Both the position numbers and the translations under genes were made by a program. From the IMG/VR virus record IMGVR_UViG_3300045988_118528, positions 1 through 49,339 of that record: a stretch of 49,339 bases of DNA; one strand, given 5' to 3'. This DNA is from a virus. The number at the start of each line of letters is the position of its first letter. Position 1 is the stretch's first letter. Shown here piece by piece: positions 25,408 through 33,769 of this stretch. The notes under the pieces were generated by a model, which was not told the DNA's origin, did no database searches, and saw nothing but the letters and a program-made list of their open reading frames with translations.

Positions 25408-26943
25408 CTACTGGATTTTTTCAAGACGTTCAAAAGCTTTCATGCTTCCTTCGTCTAAAGTACTACGACGTCCAAAAGCACTGTCGTTAGCGATAGGATA
25501 AGCAGCTTTAGCATCAAGCAAAATATCAACCATACCTGCATAAGCAGCTTTGCTATAGTTGGCAGGGTCTTTGCCTGCTTGACGCAAAGCGAATGCATAA
25601 ATATCCTCGGCACTGTCAAAAGCTATAGGGTCCTGAATAGTGCCGACAATAGGTCTTACTTTGGCTGCAGCGTTGTTTAACGCACGCAAGCTACCACGCA
25701 TCTCTTTAGCAACCTGAGCTTTAACTTTAGCGATAGTATCCTCGCCTAGAGCACGTTTTTCTCCCTCACGTTCGTGGTCACGGTCAATACGTGTAGGATC
25801 AGCCTTTTCACGTTTTTCACCATATTTGACGCCCATTTCAAAGGCTGCTTTAAAAGCAGGGTCCTTCATTTTTTCGTCAAGTTCATCATCTTCAACTTTG
25901 ACATCTTCGTCCAAGACTTTTTTCATTCCCTCAGATTCATGTTCACTGTCAAGTTTCCGACGCTCTGCCGGATCTTTTTCCAGTTTTTCACCGTACTTGA
26001 CGCCTTCCTCAAAGTCGTCATCCTCTAAGGTTTTTTCAATATCCTCATCGGCAACGTCTGCACCTTTAAGTTTGGTCAGGATCCCTTTGTAAGCTTCCTT
26101 GCTTTCATCATCCAAACCTGGCATAAACTTAGCTACGATTTCGTCAACGGTAGCATTAGCATCAATATCAAGACCTACTTCACGCGGGTCGTAGCCCTCA
26201 ACTTGTGCTTCAATAACGTTGACCGCTTTTAAAAAGCCAGCGCTGGTAACTTCGGATGCTTCGATGCCTAAATTAGCATCCTGCGCCAAACCGTTGCGAC
26301 GGCGTTTAAAAGCTGTAATTCTTTGTCTTTTGGTCATTTGTTTGGTCCCCCTTTGTTTAATATTTAAATGTGGCATACTGTCTGCAACGGCTACATCAGC
26401 CCCTGCACGACCTTCTGCCACAAGCGCGACATGGTTTCCCGATATTTCACGCATAATAAAGTCATAATGTACCTTGTCACCATTACCTACGTCATATTCT
26501 CCGGCTGTAAAGTCTGGCGTAAATCTGTAAGCGCAGGAAATTTCTCTCGCTGTGCCATCCTCAATAGCAGCAATAGCTTCAGCATCAGTAACGCTCATAC
26601 TGTTTTTAAGATACGGTGCTTCAAACACTGCGTCTGTCCCTGTACTACCGACTGTGTAATCCTTCTGTGGATTATCTGCGCTGATAGTATGGTGATCTAA
26701 AAGCAGCGGCAGCCCGTTAAAAGTCGAAGCTGCTTTTTCCAGTTCTTCAGGATCACGCAGCCCATAATAAATGCGGTCCGGATCAAGACCTTCTTCTTCC
26801 CAGCCAGGCAGTTCACGGCCAAGGTAAGGATTGACACAGGCCTTGCTGATAGGCGTCAGCGCAACATGTAAATAACCGTTGTCGTCAATGTGGCGCATGC
26901 TCAAACGAGCGTCAAAAGCAATTTTATTTTTATCTCGATTCAT
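25408..26943 (-). CDS. Scaffold / prohead protein (DUF2213-like N-domain, acidic repeat C-region)
   Basis: 511 aa. The N-terminus ...[27 protein letters not shown]...LLLDHH is DUF2213-like. Internal duplication GVKYGEKxEK...R.xDxEHExEGxK. Confidence 0.55.
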   Translation of the reverse strand: MNRDKNKIAFDARLSMRHIDDNGYLHVALTPISKACVNPYLGRELPGWEEEGLDPDRIYYGLRDPEELEKAASTFNGLPLLLDHHTISADNPQKDYTVGSTGTDAVFEAPYLKNSMSVTDAEAIAAIEDGTAREISCAYRFTPDFTAGEYDVGNGDKVHYDFIMREISGNHVALVAEGRAGADVAVADSMPHLNIKQRGTKQMTKRQRITAFKRRRNGLAQDANLGIEASEVTSAGFLKAVNVIEAQVEGYDPREVGLDIDANATVDEIVAKFMPGLDDESKEAYKGILTKLKGADVADEDIEKTLEDDDFEEGVKYGEKLEKDPAERRKLDSEHESEGMKKVLDEDVKVEDDELDEKMKDPAFKAAFEMGVKYGEKREKADPTRIDRDHEREGEKRALGEDTIAKVKAQVAKEMRGSLRALNNAAAKVRPIVGTIQDPIAFDSAEDIYAFALRQAGKDPANYSKAAYAGMVDILLDAKAAYPIANDSAFGRRSTLDEGSMKAFERLEKIQ

Positions 26944-26977
26944 TTTGGTTTCACCCCCTCTCTCTAAAAGTGGGCAT

Positions 26978-27006
26978 AAAAAAGACGCCTACTTTTGTAG
27001 ACGTCT
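26978..27006 (-). terminator. Rho-independent terminator after the MuF-like gene
   Basis: Minus-strand RNA: AGACGUCUAC-aaaa-GUAGGCGUCU plus U6 (one G-U pair), followed by the GAGGGGGTG RBS of the scaffold gene. Confidence 0.65.
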
Positions 27007-27017
27007 GAGTTATTTAA

Positions 27018-27839
27018 TCATTCATCAAATCCGGGCATTAAAACCTCAAATTGGCAGTTACAATATATAAGCTCACCCGGTTTGACATTTCGGTGTACAT
27101 CTTTATCGTACAACCCATCTGACAAAGGAAATACTTTCCCATTCATTTCAACATGAGTTTTACGACTGCTATATTTACCTGGCACGTGTATCCAACGACC
27201 TTTAGTTGCACCTAACGCCTGTGCATTGGCAGTTGCCAGTTGCTGTGTAGCCTTATTGGTTTGGTCACGTGCTATCAGTGCAGCTCTGTGTAAAGCTCTA
27301 CGTTCAATCTGTTTAGTTTCGTTTTGCATTTTTTCAACTAATTGTTTTTTGATTATAGGCTTTAATGCAGTTGTTATACTTTGCATATCGTGGCCTTTAA
27401 TAAATGAAGTTGACACAACTTTTTGTATCCCTCTCAAATACTGCTGCGGTATGGATTTAATCATTCCAACATTTTCAGCAACAATCTCACTGATGAGTTG
27501 TTTCTGCGCTGCTGTGTAAGAAGGAGTTATCGTCATACCCACTTCCTTTAGCTTGCGCTGGATCTGCGCCATAGTTCGCTTATCGGTTTTATCTGCAAAC
27601 CACTTAGCCAGTTCGCGGGCCTTTACATCAAATTCACGGTACCACTTTTGGCGAAGCGCCTTCATTATCTGGACCCATCTTACAGAAGCAGCATCAGTAA
27701 CAAGTTCGTTGTTATAATATTGAGTTATTTCCTGCTCAACATCTTTTTGCATCTTAGCAATAAGTTCCTCTAACACTCGCCTGTATTGCAGTTCCCAAGC
27801 TATACTTGGGCGACTGCGACCAAAAGTTTGCTGTTTCAT
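27018..27839 (-). CDS. Head morphogenesis protein, Mu F / SPP1 gp7 family
   Basis: 273 aa. The C-terminal ...THVEMNGKVFPLSDGLYD...VKPGELIYCNCQ matches the MuF-family signature. Lies downstream of the portal gene. Confidence 0.7.
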   Translation of the reverse strand: MKQQTFGRSRPSIAWELQYRRVLEELIAKMQKDVEQEITQYYNNELVTDAASVRWVQIMKALRQKWYREFDVKARELAKWFADKTDKRTMAQIQRKLKEVGMTITPSYTAAQKQLISEIVAENVGMIKSIPQQYLRGIQKVVSTSFIKGHDMQSITTALKPIIKKQLVEKMQNETKQIERRALHRAALIARDQTNKATQQLATANAQALGATKGRWIHVPGKYSSRKTHVEMNGKVFPLSDGLYDKDVHRNVKPGELIYCNCQFEVLMPGFDE

Positions 27840-27877
27840 ATATTGCTCCTATATTGGTAATATGATATAATGTATTT

Positions 27878-27985
27878 ACCAAATAGATTGTCGACAGCAG
27901 AAAGTCGCCTTAGCTGCTAACGAATGATGGGAACTGGGTGTCAATCCCAGACGGCGTCCATCCGACAATCTATTTTATTTTTTTG
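27878..27985 (+). ncRNA. Candidate structured small RNA, antisense to the late operon, in the portal-MuF intergenic gap
   Basis: Plus-strand promoter: TTGCTC (27843..27848), 17-bp spacer, TGaTATAAT (27863..27871). A 13-bp perfect closing stem (27881..27893 / 27963..27975) is continued by a 6-bp stem (27926..27931 / 27957..27962). Two hairpins (27896..27900 / 27914..27918 and 27934..27938 / 27946..27950) follow, then TTTTATTTTTTT. Confidence 0.4.
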
Positions 27986-29948
27986 TTCTTCTCTTGAATG
28001 CAGTTAGAAGAAATGTAAAATTATTTTCATGCAGTTCTGGTGAAACAACAGCAACTTTTCCGTCTTTCGACAGCTCAAAAGTTCCTCGATCATTTTTTCC
28101 CAATGCACCTGTTTCAATAACATTACCAAGTTCAGAGAAAAATTTATCAAGTTTCTCTTGTGTAAACCCCTGTTTAGTACGTTGTGTAATTATATGTTTT
28201 AGCCCCGCTTTATCGTCACCCCATAATACACTTATGCCGCCTATATCCTCACGGGTAAAGGCGTTTTTTATATGTCCGTTTTTCTCTTGAAGCAACTTAT
28301 CTATAGCCTTTTGACCTGTGTAGCCTTTATACTCCTTGCCCATCAATTCCTTCGCCGATTTTGTCAACTCATTGCCACTTTCACTTGAACCGCCGCCAGA
28401 TGTAAATTTTCCATCTGCATCTCGCTTGTGATCGCTTTCATTAAAATTGGCATCTATTGTCACTTCTTTCCGTTCAATATCAGGGCTATCGAGCGGATCA
28501 AGAGACAGGTCAAAAGGTTCTAACGGGTCAGTACTCGGAGCAACAGGGTCATAAGGTTCTAAATTATTAAAACCGCTGTCCGGATCATTAATCAACTGTT
28601 CGCGTACTTCTTCCGGAGCTACGACCCCAGCATCCATAAGCATTACATTAGTTTCAGCTTTAGTCTTATTATTGGTAATTTTAAGCGCTTCATCATCTTC
28701 TGATAATGGTGCAAATTTAAACTCTATTGCCGGATCAATTTCGCCAAACGCATTAAGCTGTAAAAGTTTGCATAACCTTGTCATAGGTTCGCCAAACATT
28801 TTCTGCTGCAGACTTTCGATATTATCATAGTGATTACGCAGGTCAGAGTCGCCGGTATTAAAACCTGCCGGTGAAAGTCCCCACATCTTCGTTACAGGCT
28901 CGTTAAACATCGCCGCAACATATTCCATTGCCTGCCTTACCAAATCAGTTACACCAGCCAAAGACGTGGTCATAACGACCAAATCTTCTTTTTCTTTGTC
29001 GATCGTAGCACAGCCGTCATTACTCCGGTTCTGGACAAAATACTGTATGCGCTGCTGCAGTGTCGTATCCATACCACCACTTAATATTTCAGTCATATCA
29101 GTTTTAAAAACAGTAAGCGAATATTTTTCAAGCAACCGGTTTGCCGACTCTCGACAACCAGTAAAATGACTTACTGCATCCAATACCTTTTGCGCTAATG
29201 ATAAGCCAAAAAAATTATAAGCCGGCCGCAGAATAGTTGGCAGTGCATTTTCTGCGAAGTACAGCATCCTTGAAGCATGTACTGGTATCCCCTGCACATA
29301 CCATAGTGTAGGCTTGTAATAATCATCTGCCATCGGGTTAACCGAATTATAATAACCAGGGCTTACTACATATGGCTCAATAAGTTTTACACCTTTAAAC
29401 CCGCCTTGTTTGATAGTTTCCTGCGATAAAATCAGAGGATCAGCCCATCTATCCTGCGCCTCTCCAGTATCAATAAAGCCTAGCGTGCCGCCATAATACC
29501 CACAATAGCTAGAAGCTTTATTAAATATCGCAGGCAATTTATATTTCACAGCATCTTCGTTAAGTTTTTTGACTTTATCGTCATTATCATCAGTATCAGT
29601 GTCATCGTTATCGCCAGTCCTGATAAACTCGCCCCATTTACGAGTCATTTCGTCAGACCGCATTTCAATGCCGGCGCGAACAATCCCGACTTGCGCAAGA
29701 CCTGTTAAAACACCATAGCCGACAAACATAGGGATACCTTCTGCGGCAAGCCCCTTGATGCTGTGCTCTAAAAGTGACGATACCGGAGCAAAGCAACTAT
29801 CTAAAATAACTTGCTGTTCTTCCGGCACACCACCCAAAGTATAGGGCAGGTTAAAATCATCCGGGCACAACATTTTAGGAGCAGTATCAGCAACTATCAT
29901 GTTATTTATTTTCATTTTTAACGGTTTTGAATGCGGTTTCGTTCTCAT
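27975..29948 (-). CDS. Portal protein (DUF1073-like) with extra C-terminal domain of about 150 aa
   Basis: 657 aa. Lies downstream of terL. The portal-sized body is followed by an acidic/Pro linker, DHKRDADGKFTSGGG, and a further globular domain (…GGISVLWGDDKAGLKHIITQR…). Confidence 0.7.
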   Translation of the reverse strand: MRTKPHSKPLKMKINNMIVADTAPKMLCPDDFNLPYTLGGVPEEQQVILDSCFAPVSSLLEHSIKGLAAEGIPMFVGYGVLTGLAQVGIVRAGIEMRSDEMTRKWGEFIRTGDNDDTDTDDNDDKVKKLNEDAVKYKLPAIFNKASSYCGYYGGTLGFIDTGEAQDRWADPLILSQETIKQGGFKGVKLIEPYVVSPGYYNSVNPMADDYYKPTLWYVQGIPVHASRMLYFAENALPTILRPAYNFFGLSLAQKVLDAVSHFTGCRESANRLLEKYSLTVFKTDMTEILSGGMDTTLQQRIQYFVQNRSNDGCATIDKEKEDLVVMTTSLAGVTDLVRQAMEYVAAMFNEPVTKMWGLSPAGFNTGDSDLRNHYDNIESLQQKMFGEPMTRLCKLLQLNAFGEIDPAIEFKFAPLSEDDEALKITNNKTKAETNVMLMDAGVVAPEEVREQLINDPDSGFNNLEPYDPVAPSTDPLEPFDLSLDPLDSPDIERKEVTIDANFNESDHKRDADGKFTSGGGSSESGNELTKSAKELMGKEYKGYTGQKAIDKLLQEKNGHIKNAFTREDIGGISVLWGDDKAGLKHIITQRTKQGFTQEKLDKFFSELGNVIETGALGKNDRGTFELSKDGKVAVVSPELHENNFTFLLTAFKRRTKK

Positions 29949-29950
29949 TT

Positions 29951-31414
29951 TTACCTCCGTAATATCCGAGGATTAATAATTATTTTTCTATGTTGCTGCA
30001 AGTCTCTAAGTGCTTGCGTCGTAGCATCGACCTGATCATCATGGGCAACGATCGGAAATTGCGATAATTCCGACTCATAATCTTTGACCCATGAAGCAAT
30101 CTCTGGTGCAGGTATATAAACGTTACCAGCTTCAAACATCGGTGTTACCGCATACGCTCTCGCAACCTTACTGCCGTCCGGCTCAATCGGTATAATGCCT
30201 TGCACAGAGTGTTTTAAAACGTCAATTACCGCAGGTCCATTTGCTTTATCCTCAACGAGTTTGCGTAGTGCCTTTGGATATTTATTGCTCAACTCCAAAA
30301 AGGCATCTATGGTTTCCGTGAAACTCATGCGGCCACGTTTTTGGTCAATCAGATAACAGTCCGCTCCTTTGCGCCCCCAAACTTGACCGACAACAAAGTC
30401 GCTTGTACTGGTATCTTTAAATGTCATATCCCAGGAAATAACAATAGTATCAAAACTGTCAGGCAGCTTCGTATAATATTTTAGCCATTCTTTTTTTATA
30501 ATCGTGCCACCATCAATAGTTGGTCTTTGCTGATATAACGCTTCCCAATCACGACTGCCGACTGCCGCTTTGATTTTCAGCAGTTGTTCAAGAGAATATC
30601 TCTCTGGATGCAGTGCTTCACCAGTCTTGCGGTATAGTTCGTCACTTGTAGCAATAGCAGGGTATTCAACTACTTCCCACTGATCACCATCATTTTTAGA
30701 CGCATTAGCAAGAAGTCGGCCACATAAATCGTCAGTATGCCAGCGGGTCATAATTATCAATATCCCGCCGCCTGGCGCAAGCCTTGTGTAAAGTGTCGAC
30801 GTATACCAGTCATATATCTTTTGTCTAATAGTAGGGCTGTCGGCCTCTGCTCTATCTTTAAGCGGATCGTCAACAATAAGAATATTGCCGCCCATGCCGG
30901 TAATACCACCACCTACACCGGCGCTTCTATATGTGCCAGCATGTCCAACTATTTCAAAAATATCAGAATTTCTTAAATATGCACCATTACCAACTATACG
31001 AATATTTTTCCCGAACAAATTTGTATTTGGGAATACATTATGATATTCCTCGCTATCCATAACACGTTGAACATCACGGTTATTGCGACTTGATAAATCA
31101 GCTGCATATGAAGTTCCTATAATTGACATATCGGGATATTTACCAAAAGTGTATGCAGGAAATCTACGTGATATAATTTCAGATTTACCGGAACGAGGCG
31201 GGGCCATAATCATAAGTCTCGGGCTTTTTTTATTTTTTACATCCTCTAGAAACTGATCTAACTTTTGACATATTTCTTCATGTACCCACCCCATCTGATA
31301 ACCCGGATATGTATATAATGTAAAGCCGGCTAATGTCTGACGGGCCAGCTCTCGACGTATGCCCTCTTGCAAAGCATCTTTGCTAATCGTTAGGTTCATT
31401 TTTAAACGCCTCAC
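29951..31414 (-). CDS. terL: Terminase large subunit
   Basis: 487 aa. Walker A-like MAPPRSGKS, IVDDP (Walker B-like), and a C-terminal nuclease region with HDDQVDA. Confidence 0.85.
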   Translation of the reverse strand: MRRLKMNLTISKDALQEGIRRELARQTLAGFTLYTYPGYQMGWVHEEICQKLDQFLEDVKNKKSPRLMIMAPPRSGKSEIISRRFPAYTFGKYPDMSIIGTSYAADLSSRNNRDVQRVMDSEEYHNVFPNTNLFGKNIRIVGNGAYLRNSDIFEIVGHAGTYRSAGVGGGITGMGGNILIVDDPLKDRAEADSPTIRQKIYDWYTSTLYTRLAPGGGILIIMTRWHTDDLCGRLLANASKNDGDQWEVVEYPAIATSDELYRKTGEALHPERYSLEQLLKIKAAVGSRDWEALYQQRPTIDGGTIIKKEWLKYYTKLPDSFDTIVISWDMTFKDTSTSDFVVGQVWGRKGADCYLIDQKRGRMSFTETIDAFLELSNKYPKALRKLVEDKANGPAVIDVLKHSVQGIIPIEPDGSKVARAYAVTPMFEAGNVYIPAPEIASWVKDYESELSQFPIVAHDDQVDATTQALRDLQQHRKIIINPRILRR

Positions 31415-31898
31415 GAGTTAAAGCCATCAGTTCTTCTTTACTAAGCTTAGATAAATCCACGGAAGGGATTTGCTCAACCTGTATGGCCTTCCCGTCTTTA
31501 CCAGTTAATACCGTTTCACGTTGGTCCCGCCATCTTTCAGGCACTCTATTTTTAAGCCAGTAAATTTGGGCTGTGACATCCGGAACAACTTCTTTCTCTA
31601 TTTCCTTCGTAGTAACCATTTCACCGGTTATTTTATCGCGTTCTTTAATTACTTCAGTATACTTATATCCCACTGCTCTTTTATACAGCTGGTTTTCAAC
31701 ATGCCTGTCAGGAACTGCCTTGCACTCTTTTAAGGCGTCCGCTATGTCCTGAAAGCGATTCTCCCATACAGCTAAGGTAGAACGCGATATCCCTATGTTC
31801 TCTGCTATTTGTTCATTAGTTAAACCATCTTTTGCCCACCCTCTGATAAGAAGTAAGCCGTCAGGCTTTAACCAATCTTCAAATTTTCCTTTTGCCAT
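31383..31898 (-). CDS. terS: Terminase small subunit (HTH-containing)
   Basis: 171 aa. N-terminal HTH (LTNEQIAENIGISRSTLAVW). Overlaps the terL start. Confidence 0.7.
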   Translation of the reverse strand: MAKGKFEDWLKPDGLLLIRGWAKDGLTNEQIAENIGISRSTLAVWENRFQDIADALKECKAVPDRHVENQLYKRAVGYKYTEVIKERDKITGEMVTTKEIEKEVVPDVTAQIYWLKNRVPERWRDQRETVLTGKDGKAIQVEQIPSVDLSKLSKEELMALTREAFKNEPND

Positions 31899-31928
31899 TT
31901 GCTTATCTCCTCTCTGAAAGTTGGCAAT

Positions 31929-31957
31929 AAAAAAGCACCTAACCGAAGTTAAGTGCT
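31929..31957 (-). terminator. Strong rho-independent terminator about 30 nt upstream of the terS start codon
   Basis: Minus-strand RNA: AGCACUUAAC-UUCG-GUUAGGUGCU (10 bp, one G-U pair, UUCG tetraloop) followed by UUUUUAUU. Only the RBS fits between it and ATG 31898. Confidence 0.7.
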
Positions 31958-32082
31958 GTATATTAAGTTATATAACCCTGGACTTGACCTGTCCATTATT
32001 TTAATCTGCACGCTAATAATTGATATACTTTAGCGTGTTTTGTTGCATTTTTACCCGGATGTTATTTATGTAGTTTAAGTAG

Positions 32083-32241
32083 TTATTTACTACACCACAC
32101 CACGCTTGCTGCCCATGTTACTCCTATAACAAGATCAACTGGTCGTGTTGTTACATAGCCGTCTATAGCTCTTTCTACAGCCTTCCAATATCCCTCTATC
32201 AAGGTTAGGGCTACTAAAAACATTAGCGTTCGCTTTAACAT
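32083..32241 (-). CDS. 52-aa small hydrophobic protein (below the ORF-track cutoff)
   Basis: ATG 32239..32241 with GAGGT upstream. MLKRTLMFLVALTLIEGYWKAVERAIDGYVTTRPVDLVIGVTWAASVVWCSK. TAA at 32083..32085. Confidence 0.4.
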   Translation of the reverse strand: MLKRTLMFLVALTLIEGYWKAVERAIDGYVTTRPVDLVIGVTWAASVVWCSK

Positions 32242-32360
32242 GTTCGTACCTCAATTAAATATGCCGCTGTATCACCCCAACGGCAGGGCGGCAGCTGGAA
32301 GATTACCTGTCCAGCACACGCGCCTTTAAGCGTGGATAGGTGTTCCCCATCTATGCCAAA

Positions 32361-32433
32361 CTACCCGTGGCAGGACTCGAACCTGCGACAAATGATTAAA
32401 AGTCAATCGCTCTTGCCATCTGAGCTACACGGA
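32361..32433 (-). tRNA. Phage-encoded tRNA-Lys (anticodon UUU), no encoded CCA
   Basis: Hand-folded 73-nt cloverleaf: ATCCGTG TA GCTC AGATGGCAA GAGC G ATTGA CTTTTAA TCATT TGTC GCAGG TTCGAGT CCTGC CACGGGT A. Closely resembles bacterial tRNA-Lys(UUU) through the anticodon and T arms. Confidence 0.8.
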
Positions 32434-32539
32434 TAATGTCCAAGCGCTAAGCTTGAACGTTTCACCAAGCTTGTTGTAAGCCTACTTACTTATAATACTA
32501 TTTTAACTCATTAAAACAGGTAATATGTCGGAAACTTTT

Positions 32540-32983
32540 TTATTTTATCAAATTTTTTTTCAATGCCAAACCAACAGCATCTCGGAGAAACTCCTTACGA
32601 AATTCATAACAGGTATCTCTATTTACGCCGGTTAATTCTGCAATTATTTTCATCGGCTTCCTTTTTTCATATTTTTGATACATAACTTTACCAGTAAGCT
32701 GATTCTCATGTATCTTATAGGTTTCTGCGACAACTTCAAGCCATAGCTCCGGGTTCATTATTATCGACTGATATGGTCCATATCCAAACGATATCATACG
32801 TACTGGCTCAATGTTTTTTAATGCTGCTGTTTCTGTTGGATTACTAATAAAAGCATGACCCCCACTGCCAGTATGCCCTTTCCTTGCAGTACGCTGCTCT
32901 TTTTCTTCATCAACAACTTTTTGTATTTGCTTACGATCCCAAAAGTACCGCTCTACATGCTTAATATACTGTTCTATTAGCAT
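32540..32983 (-). CDS. ArpU/RinA-like late transcriptional regulator
   Basis: 147 aa. Last early gene before the packaging genes. The C-terminal HTH-like segment (IIAELTGVNRDTCYEFRKEFL) and the overall pattern resemble the ArpU family. Confidence 0.5.
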   Translation of the reverse strand: MLIEQYIKHVERYFWDRKQIQKVVDEEKEQRTARKGHTGSGGHAFISNPTETAALKNIEPVRMISFGYGPYQSIIMNPELWLEVVAETYKIHENQLTGKVMYQKYEKRKPMKIIAELTGVNRDTCYEFRKEFLRDAVGLALKKNLIK

Positions 32984-32995
32984 ATCAGTCTCCTT

Positions 32996-33274
32996 CTAGC
33001 TTTTCTTTTTTAATCGCCTAAATAATGCTCCAAAAGGATTTATGTTGTCTTCTACAAGTTGGTTCAAAATAGCCTCCTCAAACTCTCCGTGTTTATGCTC
33101 TTGTTCGCCCACAACAACCCAATATTCTTGCACCCATTCTCTCGTACCGTCTGCACTTTCAAGCAAATATAAGATACCTTTAGAATCTAATTTAACACCA
33201 AGTACTTTACGTTCTCCCTTAGGCAAATGTACATTATCACCTATATTAAACTTGCTTTCTATTGTTAATAACAT
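32996..33274 (-). CDS. Hypothetical protein
   Basis: 92-aa ORF in the co-directional early gene array. Confidence 0.5.
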   Translation of the reverse strand: MLLTIESKFNIGDNVHLPKGERKVLGVKLDSKGILYLLESADGTREWVQEYWVVVGEQEHKHGEFEEAILNQLVEDNINPFGALFRRLKKKS

Positions 33275-33410
33275 TTGTATCGCCCTTCTTATCTGATAGA
33301 TTTATTGTAAAAATACTAAACCTTCTTAAAGCTAATATAAACAAAAACGTTAATATCCAATGTTCATATACAAATTCAAATATCCATTTTATTAGATCAG
33401 GATAATTCAT
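33246..33410 (-). CDS. 54-aa small membrane protein (below the ORF-track cutoff)
   Basis: ATG 33408..33410 after AAGGAG. MNYPDLIKWIFEFVYEHWILTFLFILALRRFSIFTINLSDKKGDTNVINNRKQV. Overlaps the next gene's start by about 29 nt. Confidence 0.4.
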   Translation of the reverse strand: MNYPDLIKWIFEFVYEHWILTFLFILALRRFSIFTINLSDKKGDTNVINNRKQV

Positions 33411-33421
33411 GTCTTCACTCC

Positions 33422-33766
33422 TTAATCATCACATATAGCTTCACCGTCCATCTTTGCGCTGCAATAAGGGCAGTAATTTAGTTCTGCAATGTTTTCGTCA
33501 AAACGCATATCAAAAATACACTCGCTGCAAGCAATGATATTATTATGTCTTATCCAATGCCCATGATTGCGTTCTTCTACTGAGTGTTCGTATTTACATA
33601 ATATTTCTAGAATATTCCTATTGTTAAGAATGTCGATAGCTTCAGGAACTGTAACTCCAAATCGTTCGACTAATTCTCTACCTTTAGCCTTAAACTCAGA
33701 AGCAATTACTGGTTGATTTTTGTCTACTATATATTCTTTTATAACCTTTGCTGTAAGCTTTTCCAT
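33422..33766 (-). CDS. Hypothetical protein with C-terminal Cys4 zinc-ribbon-like motif
   Basis: 114 aa. CSEC...CPYC. Confidence 0.5.
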   Translation of the reverse strand: MEKLTAKVIKEYIVDKNQPVIASEFKAKGRELVERFGVTVPEAIDILNNRNILEILCKYEHSVEERNHGHWIRHNNIIACSECIFDMRFDENIAELNYCPYCSAKMDGEAICDD

Positions 33767-33769
33767 AAT

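Noticed and set aside
27878-27985. The structured RNA as a retron msr/msd, a tRNA-like element or a hammerhead-type ribozyme
   Set aside because: The terminal inverted repeat resembles retron a1/a2, but no reverse transcriptase gene exists in the window. The fold has one T-arm-like hairpin but no acceptor/anticodon geometry. There is no CUGAUGA...GAAA core. It is kept only as an unclassified RNA candidate.
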